Positions 48,260 to 60,868 of a stretch of 64,000 nucleotides of DNA are shown piece by piece. The stretch is from Emiliania huxleyi CCMP1516 (taxonomy: Eukaryota), in the NCBI RefSeq assembly GCF_000372725.1, contig NW_005201240.1, positions 154,250 to 218,249 of the forward strand. The letters run 5' to 3'. Positions within the stretch are counted from its first letter, which is position 1. The number at the start of each line of letters is the position of its first letter. Made by a program: the position numbers and the translations under genes. Below the pieces are notes generated by a model. It saw only the letters and a list, made by a program, of their open reading frames with translations, searched no databases and was not told where the DNA came from.

Positions 48260-51200
48260 GTGTCGCAGGAGGTGAGGCACGAGGACGCCCATGAGGACCG
48301 GTGGCCTGACCTACATCGAGAGGCTTCACCTATTATTCTCCTTCTCTCTCTCTCCTTCCCTCGCTCTCTCTCTCTCCCATTCCAGAGTGATGAATAGTCC
48401 GCCGTGTCCCCATATCCCTATATTCCCACACCCTGTGCAGTGGCACGTCGTTGACACCCAGACCCCTAATATTAGACATCTTGGGCACGTCACGCTTCCC
48501 CAACTCCCGTTGTGCAAGTTTGGCACGTCATAGTCTCTGACTGCTTTCGTGGGGCCGCCGCGCCGCGAGACAGTCGACCTCTCTACTGTTGTGACACCAC
48601 AACTCGGCGCAGCTGGCGTCTTTCCCCCCACCGGTGTGACACCACACCTTCGTACTTTGAATACTCTCTACAAACATGTCTTCCTCGGCTGAGGAGGCCC
48701 GCGACACTGCGGGCAATCTATCTCCCGCGACCAAGCCGCAGGACCGCGTACGACTCAACATACACGTGCTGGGCACCGATGATTCGGGTTCAGATGACCA
48801 TCTCTCGAGCGAGAGACGAGGGACGCCTCACGAGACTCCAGAGGGCCTAGACCGGGGCGATACCACCCGGTCAGACCACCCTGATCACCTCTACACCACG
48901 TTGGAGCGTACCGAGCCCAAGGACGACACCGATGCGCTGGACAAGCCATCGTCGCCTGGCTCCGCCGAGGTCAGGGCTACGCCAGCTGGAATGCCTTCTG
49001 CCAGGCTGCCGGCGAGCCCTCCTTCGGCGGAAGCCTTCGAACGTCTCGACGTCTGATGTTTGCGAACCGTGCGACGGCTGTTCCATGGATATGCCAAATG
49101 CGTCGCGATGCAGCCTCCACCCCTGGGTGTGCCGAAACGTTCCTACGTAGTGCCACACTCCCCAGCTGCCATTCATTGCCGCGCCCCTCCCCGGGGGAAT
49201 GGTCATGTTTGTGTCGCAGGAGGTGAGGCACGAGGACGCCCATGAGGACCGGTGGCCTGACCTACATCGAGAGGCTTCACCTATTATTCTCCTTCTCTCT
49301 CTCTCCTTCCCTCGCTCTCTCTCTCTCCCATTCCAGAGTGATGAATAGTCCGCCGTGTCCCCATATCCCTATATTCCCACACCCTGTGCAGTGGCACGTC
49401 GTTGACACCCAGACCCCTAATATTAGACATCTTGGGCACGTCACGCTTCCCCAACTCCCGTTGTGCAAGTTTGGCACGTCATAGTCTCTGACTGCTTTCG
49501 TGGGGCCGCCGCGCCGCGAGACAGTCGACCTCTCTACTGTTGTGACACCACAACTCGGCGCAGCTGGCGTCTTTCCCCCCACCGGTGTGACACCACACCT
49601 TCGTACTTTGAATACTCTCTACAAACATGTCTTCCTCGGCTGAGGAGGCCCGCGACACTGCGGGCAATCTATCTCCCGCGACCAAGCCGCAGGACCGCGT
49701 ACGACTCAACATACACGTGCTGGGCACCGATGATTCGGGTTCAGATGACCATCTCTCGAGCGAGAGACGAGGGACGCCTCACGAGACTCCAGAGGGCCTA
49801 GACCGGGGCGATACCACCCGGTCAGACCACCCTGATCACCTCTACACCACGTTGGAGCGTACCGAGCCCAAGGACGACACCGATGCGCTGGACAAGCCAT
49901 CGTCGCCTGGCTCCGCCGAGGTCAGGGCTACGCCAGCTGGAATGCCTTCTGCCAGGCTGCCGGCGAGCCCTCCTTCGGCGGAAGCCTTCGAACGTCTCGA
50001 CGTCTGATGTTTGCGAACCGTGCGACGGCTGTTCCATGGATATGCCAAATGCGTCGCGATGCAGCCTCCACCCCTGGGTGTGCCGAAACGTTCCTACGTA
50101 GTGCCACACTCCCCAGCTGCCATTCATTGCCGCGCCCCTCCCCGGGGGAATGGTCATGTTTGTGTCGCAGGAGGTGAGGCACGAGGACGCCCATGAGGAC
50201 CGGTGGCCTGACCTACATCGAGAGGCTTCACCTATTATTCTCCTTCTCTCTCTCTCCTTCCCTCGCTCTCTCTCTCTCCCATTCCAGAGTGATGAATAGT
50301 CCGCCGTGTCCCCATATCCCTATATTCCCACACCCTGTGCAGTGGCACGTCGTTGACACCCAGACCCCTAATATTAGACATCTTGGGCACGTCACGCTTC
50401 CCCAACTCCCGTTGTGCAAGTTTGGCACGTCATAGTCTCTGACTGCTTTCGTGGGGCCGCCGCGCCGCGAGACAGTCGACCTCTCTACTGTTGTGACACC
50501 ACAACTCGGCGCAGCTGGCGTCTTTCCCCCCACCGGTGTGACACCACACCTTCGTACTTTGAATACTCTCTACAAACATGTCTTCCTCGGCTGAGGAGGC
50601 CCGCGACACTGCGGGCAATCTATCTCCCGCGACCAAGCCGCAGGACCGCGTACGACTCAACATACACGTGCTGGGCACCGATGATTCGGGTTCAGATGAC
50701 CATCTCTCGAGCGAGAGACGAGGGACGCCTCACGAGACTCCAGAGGGCCTAGACCGGGGCGATACCACCCGGTCAGACCACCCTGATCACCTCTACACCA
50801 CGTTGGAGCGTACCGAGCCCAAGGACGACACCGATGCGCTGGACAAGCCATCGTCGCCTGGCTCCGCCGAGGTCAGGGCTACGCCAGCTGGAATGCCTTC
50901 TGCCAGGCTGCCGGCGAGCCCTCCTTCGGCGGAAGCCTTCGAACGTCTCGACGTCTGATGTTTGCGAACCGTGCGACGGCTGTTCCATGGATATGCCAAA
51001 TGCGTCGCGATGCAGCCTCCACCCCTGGGTGTGCCGAAACGTTCCTACGTAGTGCCACACTCCCCAGCTGCCATTCATTGCCGCGCCCCTCCCCGGGGGA
51101 ATGGTCATGTTTGTGTCGCAGGAGGTGAGGCACGAGGACGCCCATGAGGACCGGTGGCCTGACCTACATCGAGAGGCTTCACCTATTATTCTCCTTCTCT

Positions 51201-51744
51201 CTCTCTCCTTCCCTCGCTCTCTCTCTCTCCCATTCCAGAGTGATGAATAGTCCGCCGTGTCCCCATATCCCTATATTCCCACACCCTGTGCAGTGGCACG
51301 TCGTTGACACCCAGACCCCTAATATTAGACATCTTGGGCACGTCACGCTTCCCCAACTCCCGTTGTGCAAGTTTGGCACGTCATAGTCTCTGACTGCTTT
51401 CGTGGGGCCGCCGCGCCGCGAGACAGTCGACCTCTCTACTGTTGTGACACCACAACTCGGCGCAGCTGGCGTCTTTCCCCCCACCGGTGTGACACCACAC
51501 CTTCGTACTTTGAATACTCTCTACAAACATGTCTTCCTCGGCTGAGGAGGCCCGCGACACTGCGGGCAATCTATCTCCCGCGACCAAGCCGCAGGACCGC
51601 GTACGACTCAACATACACGTGCTGGGCACCGATGATTCGGGTTCAGATGACCATCTCTCGAGCGAGAGACGAGGGACGCCTCACGAGACTCCAGAGGGCC
51701 TAGACCGGGGCGATACCACCCGGTCAGACCACCCTGATCACCTC
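48260..51744. repeat. 951-bp tandem array, ~3.7 apparently identical copies
   Basis: Units start at 48260, 49211, 50162 and 51113. The ORF track repeats with period 951. Confidence 0.97.
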
Positions 51745-52435
51745 CACACGGGGGCAGCCGAGTTGGCGCCTGGACGCCGCTCGAGGCGACGCCCCTGCGC
51801 CCTCCCGGCTTTGCGACCCTCCCGGCTGGCGTACTCCCGGGGAGCAGCCCTCCCGGCTGGCCGTGGGTGCGAGGAATCGCAGGCTGGGTCGTGCACTCCG
51901 GCAGCCCCTCCTGGCCTCGCCCCTGCCTCCCGCAGCCTGACCGAATCCCACGGGTCCACTTGACGGTGTGGTTTCCGACCCCCCCGGGTGGTCCACCCGC
52001 CCCACGACTATTATCCTATCTCTCCGGGGGCCCTGTGGGGGGGAAGGGTGCGTAAGACAGGGCGTGGAATGGCGGGGCCGGGGGTGTCGTGCCTGTTTTT
52101 AATTTTAATAGTCGCCCCAGCCGCCGCCGCCCTTGCCGCGCCCGCCCGCCCTTGCCGCGCCCGCCCTCGCCGCCCTTGCCGCGCCCGCCCTTGCCGCGCC
52201 CGCCCTCGCCGCCGCCGGGCGGCGGCCTTTGCGCGTTAAGAATTCTTCTGAAAAACGGCGTTTTGGCCGAGGGGGGGGGGCCTACATTCATTGAGAGGTC
52301 TCGTCATTCGAAGCCTGCTGAAGCCTCACCTTTGATTGTCACCACCTAACAGGCGTCGCCTTTGCTGTGTCGCGTCCTCCGCGTAGCCAGCCAACCATCC
52401 ACATCCACCAGCACTCACCCTCCTCACCTCGCGTC

Positions 52436-52535
52436 NNNNNNNNNNNNNNNNNNNNNNNNNNNNNNNNNNNNNNNNNNNNNNNNNNNNNNNNNNNNNNNNN
52501 NNNNNNNNNNNNNNNNNNNNNNNNNNNNNNNNNNN
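52436..52535. other. Assembly gap (100 N) with probably low-quality flanks
   Basis: N run. The flanking DUR3-like sequence is degraded. Confidence 0.95.
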
Positions 52536-54807
52536 GTCTGCCCCACCCTAATGGTAACGGGCAGGGTGATCCAGGGGGGCCCCGCCGTGGTAAACCCCGC
52601 CTTGGCCATACATATGGTGGCGGCCAATTGCCTCATTCCCGTGGGGGTGATCCTCTACACATGGTTAGGGGGCTTAAAGGCCACTTTTCTCGCCTCGTGA
52701 ATCCAAACCTCGGGCAACAGGATAAGCCTCTTCGTTTTTATAGGGGGGGCCACCCCCCCCCCCCCCACCCACACACCACCACCACACACCACCACCACCA
52801 CTCCCCGCCCAAATTCCCCCCTCCCCCAGCCGCCCCGCCCCGCCCCGGCGCCGCCCACGCCCAACCCCCTCGCCATCCCCACCCGCAGGTACGTCTACGC
52901 CGTGCCGGGCGACATCGAGTGCACGTCCGCAACGGAGAAGCAGTGCAACGCGCTCGGCTCGGCGGCGCTGCTGTGGGAGCGGCTCCGCTTCCTCAACTAC
53001 CTCCCTGCCAAGACCGCGGGGATGACGTTCCCAGATGGCGCCTACGTGCCGACCGCGGACGATCCGGGACCGGGCAACTTTGAGAAACTCACGTACACCG
53101 AGAAGGACTACCACCACGGCCCCGTCAACGGCAACCGCGGCGGCTCGTACCTCACCATGCTCTCCGAGGACGGCCTCAGCTTCGGCGTCGTCAACATCGT
53201 CGGCAACTTCGGCACCGTCTTCGTCGACCAGTCCTACTGGCAGTCCGCCATCGCCGCGCGCCCCTCGTCTGCGCACCGTGGCTACCTGCTCGGAGGCCTC
53301 GTCTGGTTCACCATCCCCATGTCGCTCGCCACCGCGCTCGGCCTCTCGTCGCTCGCGCTCAACGTCAAGATGCCCGCCGACGAGGCCGCCGACGGCCTCG
53401 CGCCGCCCGCCGCCGCCATCGTCCTGCTCGGCCAGGGCGGCGGCATCATGATCATCATCATGCTCTTCATGGCGCGCGCTTCGACCCATCCACGTCCCCC
53501 CTTCCCCCTTCGCCCTTCCCCACACCGCCCCCCCTCGCCGCGCAGGCCATCACCTCGACCGGCTCCGCCGAGTGCATCGCCGTCGCCTCCCTCTTCGCGT
53601 ACGACATCTACCGCAAGTACATCAACCCCGAGTGCACCGGCGCCCAGCTGCTCAAGGTGTCGCGCCTTGTCGTCGTCGGCTACGGCATCGTCTGCGGCCT
53701 CTTCGGCTACTTCCTCTACGGCGTGGGCGTCGGCCTCGGCTGGGTCTACAACTTTATGGGCAACCCCGCCGCCCCCACCGCTATCCAGTCAGACAGCCCA
53801 CCCTGCATCCCGCGCCCTCTCGCCCGCTCACCCGTCGCTCACCCGGGCTGTGCCGCACGGACACGCGCTCAGGCACCATGATCGGCTCCGCCGTCATCCC
53901 CGTCTCGTGCTGCCTCTGCACGCGCTACATGACCAAGAACGGCGCCATCGCGGGCGCGTGGGGCGGCATGATCCTCGCCCTCGTCTCGTGGATGTCGGTC
54001 GCCGCCTCGCGCTGCACCAACGGCGACGACCCCGACGACCTCGCAGAGGGAGTGGACTGCGATACGGGTGCGACGCGACCACTCCCCACCGCCACGCGGC
54101 CGCCACGCCGCCACGCCGCCAGCTTGTCGAGCTCACTCCCCTCTGTGCGTCGTCCGCAGGCAAGCTCAACGTCGACACCCTCGGCAACATCAACGCGCAG
54201 ACCGCCGGCTCCGTCGTCGCGCTCTGCGTCTCGGGCATCATCGCCTTCCTCGTCGCGAGCATCGAGTACAAGATGGGCACGGAGCAGCCCTTCGAGTGGG
54301 AGAAAATGCGCGAGGGCATCAAGCGCGTCGAGCAGGCGAAACCGCACCTCCCCCCCCCCCCCCCCCCTTCCCGCCTCCCCAAAACTTCGCCTCCCGCGCG
54401 GCGCCCATTCATCCCCACCCCGCCCCGGGCAGAACGTGGCAGAGGCCCCTCAGTAGGGCCCCCCCTCACACGACACCCCTCCTCCCGCCGCGCCTTCCCC
54501 TCCGCAGGAGGCGGACGACGTCCCCGAGTACGAGATGACCTCCGAGTACCTCGACCCGGCCGCAAAGTACGTCTTCAAGTATGGCGTCGGCTACTCGGTC
54601 TTCCTCATCTTCGTCTGGCCGCTCGCCGTCATCGCGTGGGGCGTCTTCGACAAGGCCAACTACACGCTCTGGGCCTCGGTCGCCTTCTGCTGGGGCTACA
54701 TCGCCTCGGGCTTCATTGTCGTGCTTCCCATCTACGAGTCGTGGGGCTCGATCTCCAACGTGCTGACGTGCAAGAAGGCCACGCCGGCGACGAAGGAGCA
54801 GGCTTGA
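52536..54807 (+). CDS. DUR3: Urea active transporter DUR3 (sodium:solute symporter family); 5' part lost in the gap
   Basis: GVILYTWLGGLKATFLAS, GSYLTMLSEDGLSFGVVNIVGNFGTVFVDQSYWQSAIAARP, GYLLGGLVWFTIP, YDIYRKYINP, LPIYES. Confidence 0.93.
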
Positions 54808-55850
54808 GCCGCGCCCGGCGGCTCGAGAGCCTCCCCCCACTTCCCCCTACCCTCCGTTCCCCCGCGCCCGACGACCCCGGCGAGAATGGCGGCGCGAGGG
54901 CAAGCGCGCGCACCCACAAGCCGCCTCCTCGAGGGCTCGAGTAGAGGCGGCACGTGGGTGTGCGAGGCGCGCTGGCCTCTGGCCGGAGTGACAGGAGAGC
55001 GCGGGGCGTGCACATGCCATGAGGGGGAGGGAGGCGCGGAGGCTCGTGTGTACACTTGTGGACTGAGTAGTTGCTCGGGGCTTGCCTGTCGCGGGAAGCC
55101 GGGGTCAAGGGCGTGGCGCACCCGCACCGGGACTGGACTGTCACGTGTCAGTGCGGAGGTGGGGGTGTCCGCTGTCTGGCGTCTGCGCGTCGCAGGCGCA
55201 ACCTCTGAGCGGGGGAAATATATTAGTCGCGACCGAAATAAAAAGCGACCCAAAAAGAAAACAGAAACCCCAATCCCCAAACGAGGGATGCACCGGGATG
55301 GGAGGAGGACAGGGTCCCCCCACCTGCACGAGTAGGATTTTGCTTTTTTTGGAAGGACGATCAGCAGGGGCACAAGGCTCAAGGGACAGGCGCTCACAGG
55401 CACATACAGTAGCCATAGCGGGTCAGGCTCAGGGCTGTGGGCTCAGGGGGCTCTCCTCACTCCTGCACCTACCTGGTACCTGCTCCTGGCAAGACGGACA
55501 GCGACAGGCTCGCAGCGCGGTGCTCGGTCGTCGGTGGACTCCTAACTCCACTGGGGTCTCATCTCAGTCGTTCCCACTCAGGTCACGCGCTCTCTCTCTC
55601 AAGCGACGCGCATGTCTCTCAAGCGACGCGCGGCGCTTTCCATGTTCGAGGCAGACATGCTCGAGCGGGCGCGCCGCAAAGTGCGTGCGTCGCGCGACGC
55701 GGCGGAGCTGCTGCACTCGCCCGAGGCGATGGCAAAGTCGAATTCGACGCGCGCGCGGTCGGCGAGGGACAAGCGGCAGCTCGAATCCACTACAGCAGCA
55801 GGAGAGGGGCGGGGGGCGGTATAGCTTGATTGCTTTTGGCCCCCCCGCTA

Positions 55851-55963
55851 CACAGCAAAACTACGAGCATGGTAACGGGGGCTCGTTACGGGCCCGTACA
55901 CTACGAGCTTGGTAACGGGGCTCGTTACGGGCCCGTCCACGGCATGCTCGTAGTTTTGCTGTG
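55851..55963. mobile_element. 113-bp MITE with TA target-site duplication (Tc1/mariner-type signature)
   Basis: TA|CACAGCAAAACTACGAGCATG ... CATGCTCGTAGTTTTGCTGTG|TA: perfect 21-bp TIRs and an internal ~40-bp duplication. Confidence 0.85.
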
Positions 55964-56225
55964 TACCCGGTTGCACTCGTGCGACGTAGCGGGGGGGCAC
56001 AACTACGTTCACGAAAACATAAAAAGAAAGAAAGGCGCTGTGAAAGAGGCGGAAAACAGACACAAGAGACAACCCAAGCGGCAAGGGGCACCGCGGGCAA
56101 GCCCCCAGAACGCAGCTCTAGAAGCGCCAAGAGAGGGAGGGATGGGAGGTCGCAGAGGTCGGAGGACGGCACGATGACGAGAGATGCGGATGGCGATTTG
56201 ATAAGTGCACTCTAATTGCTCCAAG

Positions 56226-57927
56226 ATGGCCGCTTCTCAAGCTTCAGTTCCTCCATCGCCGAGGCTGGAGGACTATGAGATTGGACCGCTCCTCGGACGA
56301 GGCGCTTGCGGCGAGGTCCGGCTCGCCTCGCGGCGGCCGGACGCGGCAGCGAGTTGCGGCGCGGTGCAGCGGTGCGCCGTCAAGGTGATACCGCAAGGCA
56401 AGCCTTCATCTGCACGGGACGTCATGTGTGAGGTGGAGATGCTTCGGCGGTGCTCGCACCCTCACATCCTGCGGCTTCTCTCTGTCTGCGAGGACGGGCC
56501 CAACCTTTGCCTGCTCCTCGAGTTTTGCGCGGGTCCGGACCTGCAGCGGCTGCTCGACCTGCGTGGTGCGCTCCTTGAGGATGAGGCGAAGCGGATCTTT
56601 TCGCAGGTCTGCGCCGCACTCTGCCACCTCCGCGAGCGGCGCATCGTCCATCGCGACGTCAAGCCGGCCAACGTAGCGCTCAAAGCTGCACTGCCCGACG
56701 ACCGCAGCTCGTCGCTCTCGCGCTGCATCACAAAACTGCTCGACTTTGGCTTCGCTCGCGTGATCGATGTCGCGGTGGCCTCCCCCAGGGCGAGGAGGTG
56801 GGGCAAGCGGCGCGGCGACCGCTCCGTGCACGGAATCGATTCCGGGTCAAAGCACGGCGGCTCCAACTACGGCGGCTCGAAGCACGGCGGCTCCAACTAT
56901 GGCGGCTCGAAGCACGGCGGATCCGAGTGCGGATCCACGCACGGCGGCGAGACGACGGTGGAGCTCGAGATGGACGGCTCGCTCGTGTTTGACGGCAGCA
57001 CGCACTCGGCCGCGTGGCGGGGAGATTCCCCGAGATTACCCGAGATTACCCGAGATTGCCCGAGATTAGGCAGCACGCACTCGGCCGCGTGGCGGCGCAC
57101 AACCTACTTGCCGAGGAGCGTGCCGAGCAGCCCGACGGGGCGCCGCACCGTCGGCGAGGTGAGGATGACGCCGCTCGGGACGCGCCACTGGGCGGAGCCG
57201 CGGCTGCAGGCGGCGGGCCTGGGCGGCGGCGTCGGCGCGGACGGGCGGCTCGTCATGAGCCTCGACGAGGTGGGCCGTCTCCCTCCCCGAGATCATATCT
57301 CCCCCATATCTCCCTCATATCTCGTCCTACACGCGAGGAGGCACAGGCCGAGATCATATCTCCCCCATATCTCCCTCATATCTCGTCCTACACGCGAGGA
57401 GGCACAGGCCGAGATCATATCTCCCCCATATCTCCCTCATATCTCGATGAGGTGGGCCGTCTCCCTCCCCGCCTGGCCCAGCTGCCCTGGCGCGAGGCGG
57501 GACCCGCACCGTGCGGGCTGTAGGCGCTCCAGCTCGACACCTTCTCCCTCTCGCGGCTGCTGCGCTACATGCTCACAGGCGCGGTGGGGAGGCGAGGCGG
57601 ACCGGAGATCAAGGGAGCCGGAGCTGCGCCGCGCCCCCGCTGGTAGGCGCGCCGCCCAACCAGACCATCATGGAGGCGCTCGAGGCGCAGGGCATGGCGG
57701 GCTGTGGCTGTGCGGCCGCCCTGGTCGGCAGGCGGCCGCCGGCGAGGCGCGTGGTGCGCGAGCTGAGCGAGGTGAGCCCCGAGGCGCGGGAGGTGCTCGG
57801 CGCCCTGTCCCGCGGGGCGGCCGAGCGCGCCTCCGTCTTCGAGGCGTGCCGACACCGCTGGATTGCGGACGAGAGCGTGCACGGGCGCGCGCGGGGGTAT
57901 ACGAGCGACGAAGGAGCGGAGAAGTAG
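56226..57927 (+). CDS. Ser/Thr protein kinase (CAMK-like), multi-exon
   Basis: LGRGACGEV, AVKVI, HPHILRL, VHRDVKPAN, LDFG, GTRHWAEP, HRWI. Confidence 0.9.
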
Positions 57928-58135
57928 CAGAGCTTGGGTGCGATGGCGGTGGCTCCTACTCCCGTCCGTGCCCAGTGCTCTGAAGTCGCGAAATTCTTTC
58001 GTGCATCATGTCCGAAGCCTCAACCGTTGAATTCTTCATTTTAGAGCGCGCAGGTGCCGCTCGACTGTAGAGCTCTAGTGCGAACTCGCTCCCGTCCCTA
58101 GCTGCGCAACCCTGAGCCGAGCTCCAGTTTGCTCA

Positions 58136-60492
58136 ATGCCGCAGCACACCCTCTTCATCGCCGGCCCACGCCGCGCGCCCGCGGTGAGCGAGGCTGTCCG
58201 CGGATTGGCCGGCGCGCGCTCGGCAGACGACTGGCGCGTCGCCTTTGCGTGCGGCGAGGCCAGCGCTGCAGCGTGGCAGCCGGCGAGCGAGTGGCCGGCC
58301 GAGGCTGCGTCGTCGGCGGGGGTGGATGCGCGGGGTATGATCGCGAGGATCGCGCGCCTCCTCCAGCTCGTCCCCGCCGGCTCCTCGCTCGTGGTGAGGT
58401 GGGCCTTCGAGGGCGACGCGCCGACCGACGAGGCGCTCGGGTTGGGCGTGCACGCGGCGGTCAGCTTCTCCGAGGGCCTGGGCATCAAGGACTGCCGCAC
58501 GCTGGTAGTCGAGTGGCTCGACGACGGCCGCGCCGCGGACTCGGCCGCGCTCGACGTGTGGGCCGACGTGCTGCGCGCGGAGAGGGTGGCAGTCGCTGCA
58601 GACGCACCCGAAGAGGAGGCGCCGGCGCAGTGTCACGCACCCGGCCGCCGCCCGCGTCGCACGGTCTCTGACGCGGCTCCCGCTCCCCCCTCTCCTCCTC
58701 GCCGCAGGCCGCCCTGCTGATCTCGGGCGCGCCTCTGGACGGCTCCGCCCTGGGCGAGGGTCGCGCAGAGGCGCCAGGGCGAGGGCCAGGGAGAGGGTCG
58801 CGCAGAGGCGGAGGAGGCGCGGCCGCGCAGAGCCCGGTCGCGCCGCGGGCTGGTTCGGTTGCCGCCGCCGCCGCTTCAACGAGCAGCTCGTCCGGCGCAC
58901 CAGGGCAGGCGCCAGGGCAGGCATCAGGGCTCGCCCTCGCTGCCGGTAGCGAGGGCGGCTTGCAGCACGGCGGAGGGAGCAGCGACGGGCGAGGGGCAAG
59001 CCCTCGCTCCCGGCTGCGCCGCGCCGGCAGCAAGGAGCGGCCGCAGGAGCGGCAGGCGGCGGCGGGCGCCTCGCAGCCGCAAGCCGCCGCCGCCGCCGCC
59101 GCCGCCGCGCCCGCGCCGGGCGGGCGCACGGGCGCGGGGCCGTGCCTGCAGCGGGGTCAGAGCCTGGTCCGCGGCCAGAGCCTCGTGCAGGGCTGCGGCG
59201 GGACGAGGGGCGAGGCATGCCCAGGACACGTCCAGGACACGTCCGAGACACGCCCCTTCGGCGGCGGCCGGACGAGGGGCCAGGCGGCGGCGCGGAGAGG
59301 CGGGGAGGGCGGAGGGGTGGGTGGAGGAGGGGGAGAGGTGGGTCGAGGAGGGGGTCGAGGAGGCGGGGGGGAGGCGAGGCCAGCGGCGAGTCGGCGCGGC
59401 GCGGTTGTCTCGCGCGAGAGGCTGGCGGGGCTGCTGCGCGACGCGGTGGAGGAGGAGGCGCGGCGGAGCGGGCAGGCGGGCGGCGTGGACGGCGCGGACG
59501 GCGGCGGCGGGGCTGGCGCCGCGGCAGCGGGCGGGTGGGCGACGCTGCCCCCGCCGCAAGACGTGCCGCGTGTGGGCGGTGCGCATGTGGCGTACGAGAA
59601 CGAGGCCCAGGCAAAGGCGGTGGAGGCGCGGCTCCTCGTCGTCCTGCTCGCACCTCCCTCCCTCTCCTCTCCTCTCCTCCCTCTCCTCTCCTCTCCTCCC
59701 CCTCCCCCTCCTCGTCTCGCCAAACAGCGAGCGAGCGCAGCTTCTCGGCACTTTCCCGGCAGTTTCCCGGCACCTTCGCGGCACCTTCGACCGCAGGCGC
59801 GACTCAAGGCGCACACCCTCAAGCCAAAGGCTGAGCACGGCTCCATCCTCGCCCTGCTGCTGCCGGCGCTGTCCAGGACACGTCCATGACATGCCCGAGA
59901 CTTGTCCACAGGCTCCATCCTCGCCCTGCTGCTGCCGGCGCTGCCGTGCGCACGCGCCGGAGGGATGCCGCCCGAGCAAATCAGCCTGCAGCAGCCGCGC
60001 CGGACCGAGGCGCCGCCCGAGCAAGCGGCGGTTGGGCGGGGCGGTGCAAGCAGCAGCACGGGCGGTGCAAGCAGCAGCACGGGCGGCGCAGGCAGCGGCG
60101 TCGGCGCGGGCAGCGGCAGCGGCGTCAGCGCGGGCAGCGGCAGCGGCGTCGGCGGGTCATCGCCGCGCAACGACAGCTCCGAGCCGTCGGCAGCCCAGCC
60201 GGCCGTCCACGCCGACTTCGCCACGCACACCCTCGGCTTGGCGAGGAGGCTGGTGGCGGAGAAGGTGTGCGGCGGTCCCGCCGGAAGCGAGGAGCAGGGC
60301 GAGGCGGCGAGGTTGGCCGCCAGGCTGCAGAGCGCGCTTCACGCTCGCATGCGGCAGCGGCACACGCTGGGGGGGCAACGCCCGCCGCTTCGGAGCGCAT
60401 ACGACGCGGCCGAGGAGAGCCTCGCTGCCGTGTTTCGCGACGTGGTGCGAAAGGGGCTCGCAGCGCTCGAGTCGGAGCAGCACGCCCCGTGA
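58136..60492 (+). CDS. Hypothetical Gly/Ala-rich protein, multi-exon
   Basis: Successive plausible exons (ORF 58136.., LLRDAVEEE, YENEAQAK, HGSILALLLPAL, ORF ..60492) joined by typical local introns. Confidence 0.5.
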
Positions 60493-60868
60493 GCCTTGGA
60501 GTGTGGAGATATCACTTTTGAGTATTGAGAGTAGAGTGGGTCTCGTACTCTCGTCCAAACATAATATTAATATATAACAAAAGGTGATCGGCGTGTGTGT
60601 CAAGACGGGGCCCACCAATATCGCAGCGAACCGGAACGAGACACATCGGCGAGAGTTTCGGACTCGGGACTGCAGCGCGTGTACATCTTGCGTACTACTC
60701 TCACGGAGAGCGGGAGAGGGGAGTGGGCGCGGAGAGAGCAGCAGTGAGAGAGCTGTGGAGTCGCTGGAGGGAGGTGTCAGGTTAAAGAGAGAGAGCATGG
60801 GCAACAGAGCCGGGCTATGGACCTAGGCTTAGTCCTCAGAGCTACATGGGGACGGCCGCGCGAGACGG

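Noticed and set aside
48291..51963. Short ORFs within the 951-bp unit
   Set aside because: No recognisable motifs; they recur only because of the repeat.
52000..52800. Apparent stop and frameshifts at the DUR3 5' end
   Set aside because: They flank the N gap and look like low-quality read ends, so they are not evidence of a pseudogene.
55612..55824. Small ORF downstream of DUR3
   Set aside because: Short, with no family motif or other support.
58133..60577. Long overlapping Arg/Pro/Ala-rich ORFs on both strands (also elsewhere in the window)
   Set aside because: Expected from stop-codon scarcity at high GC content.
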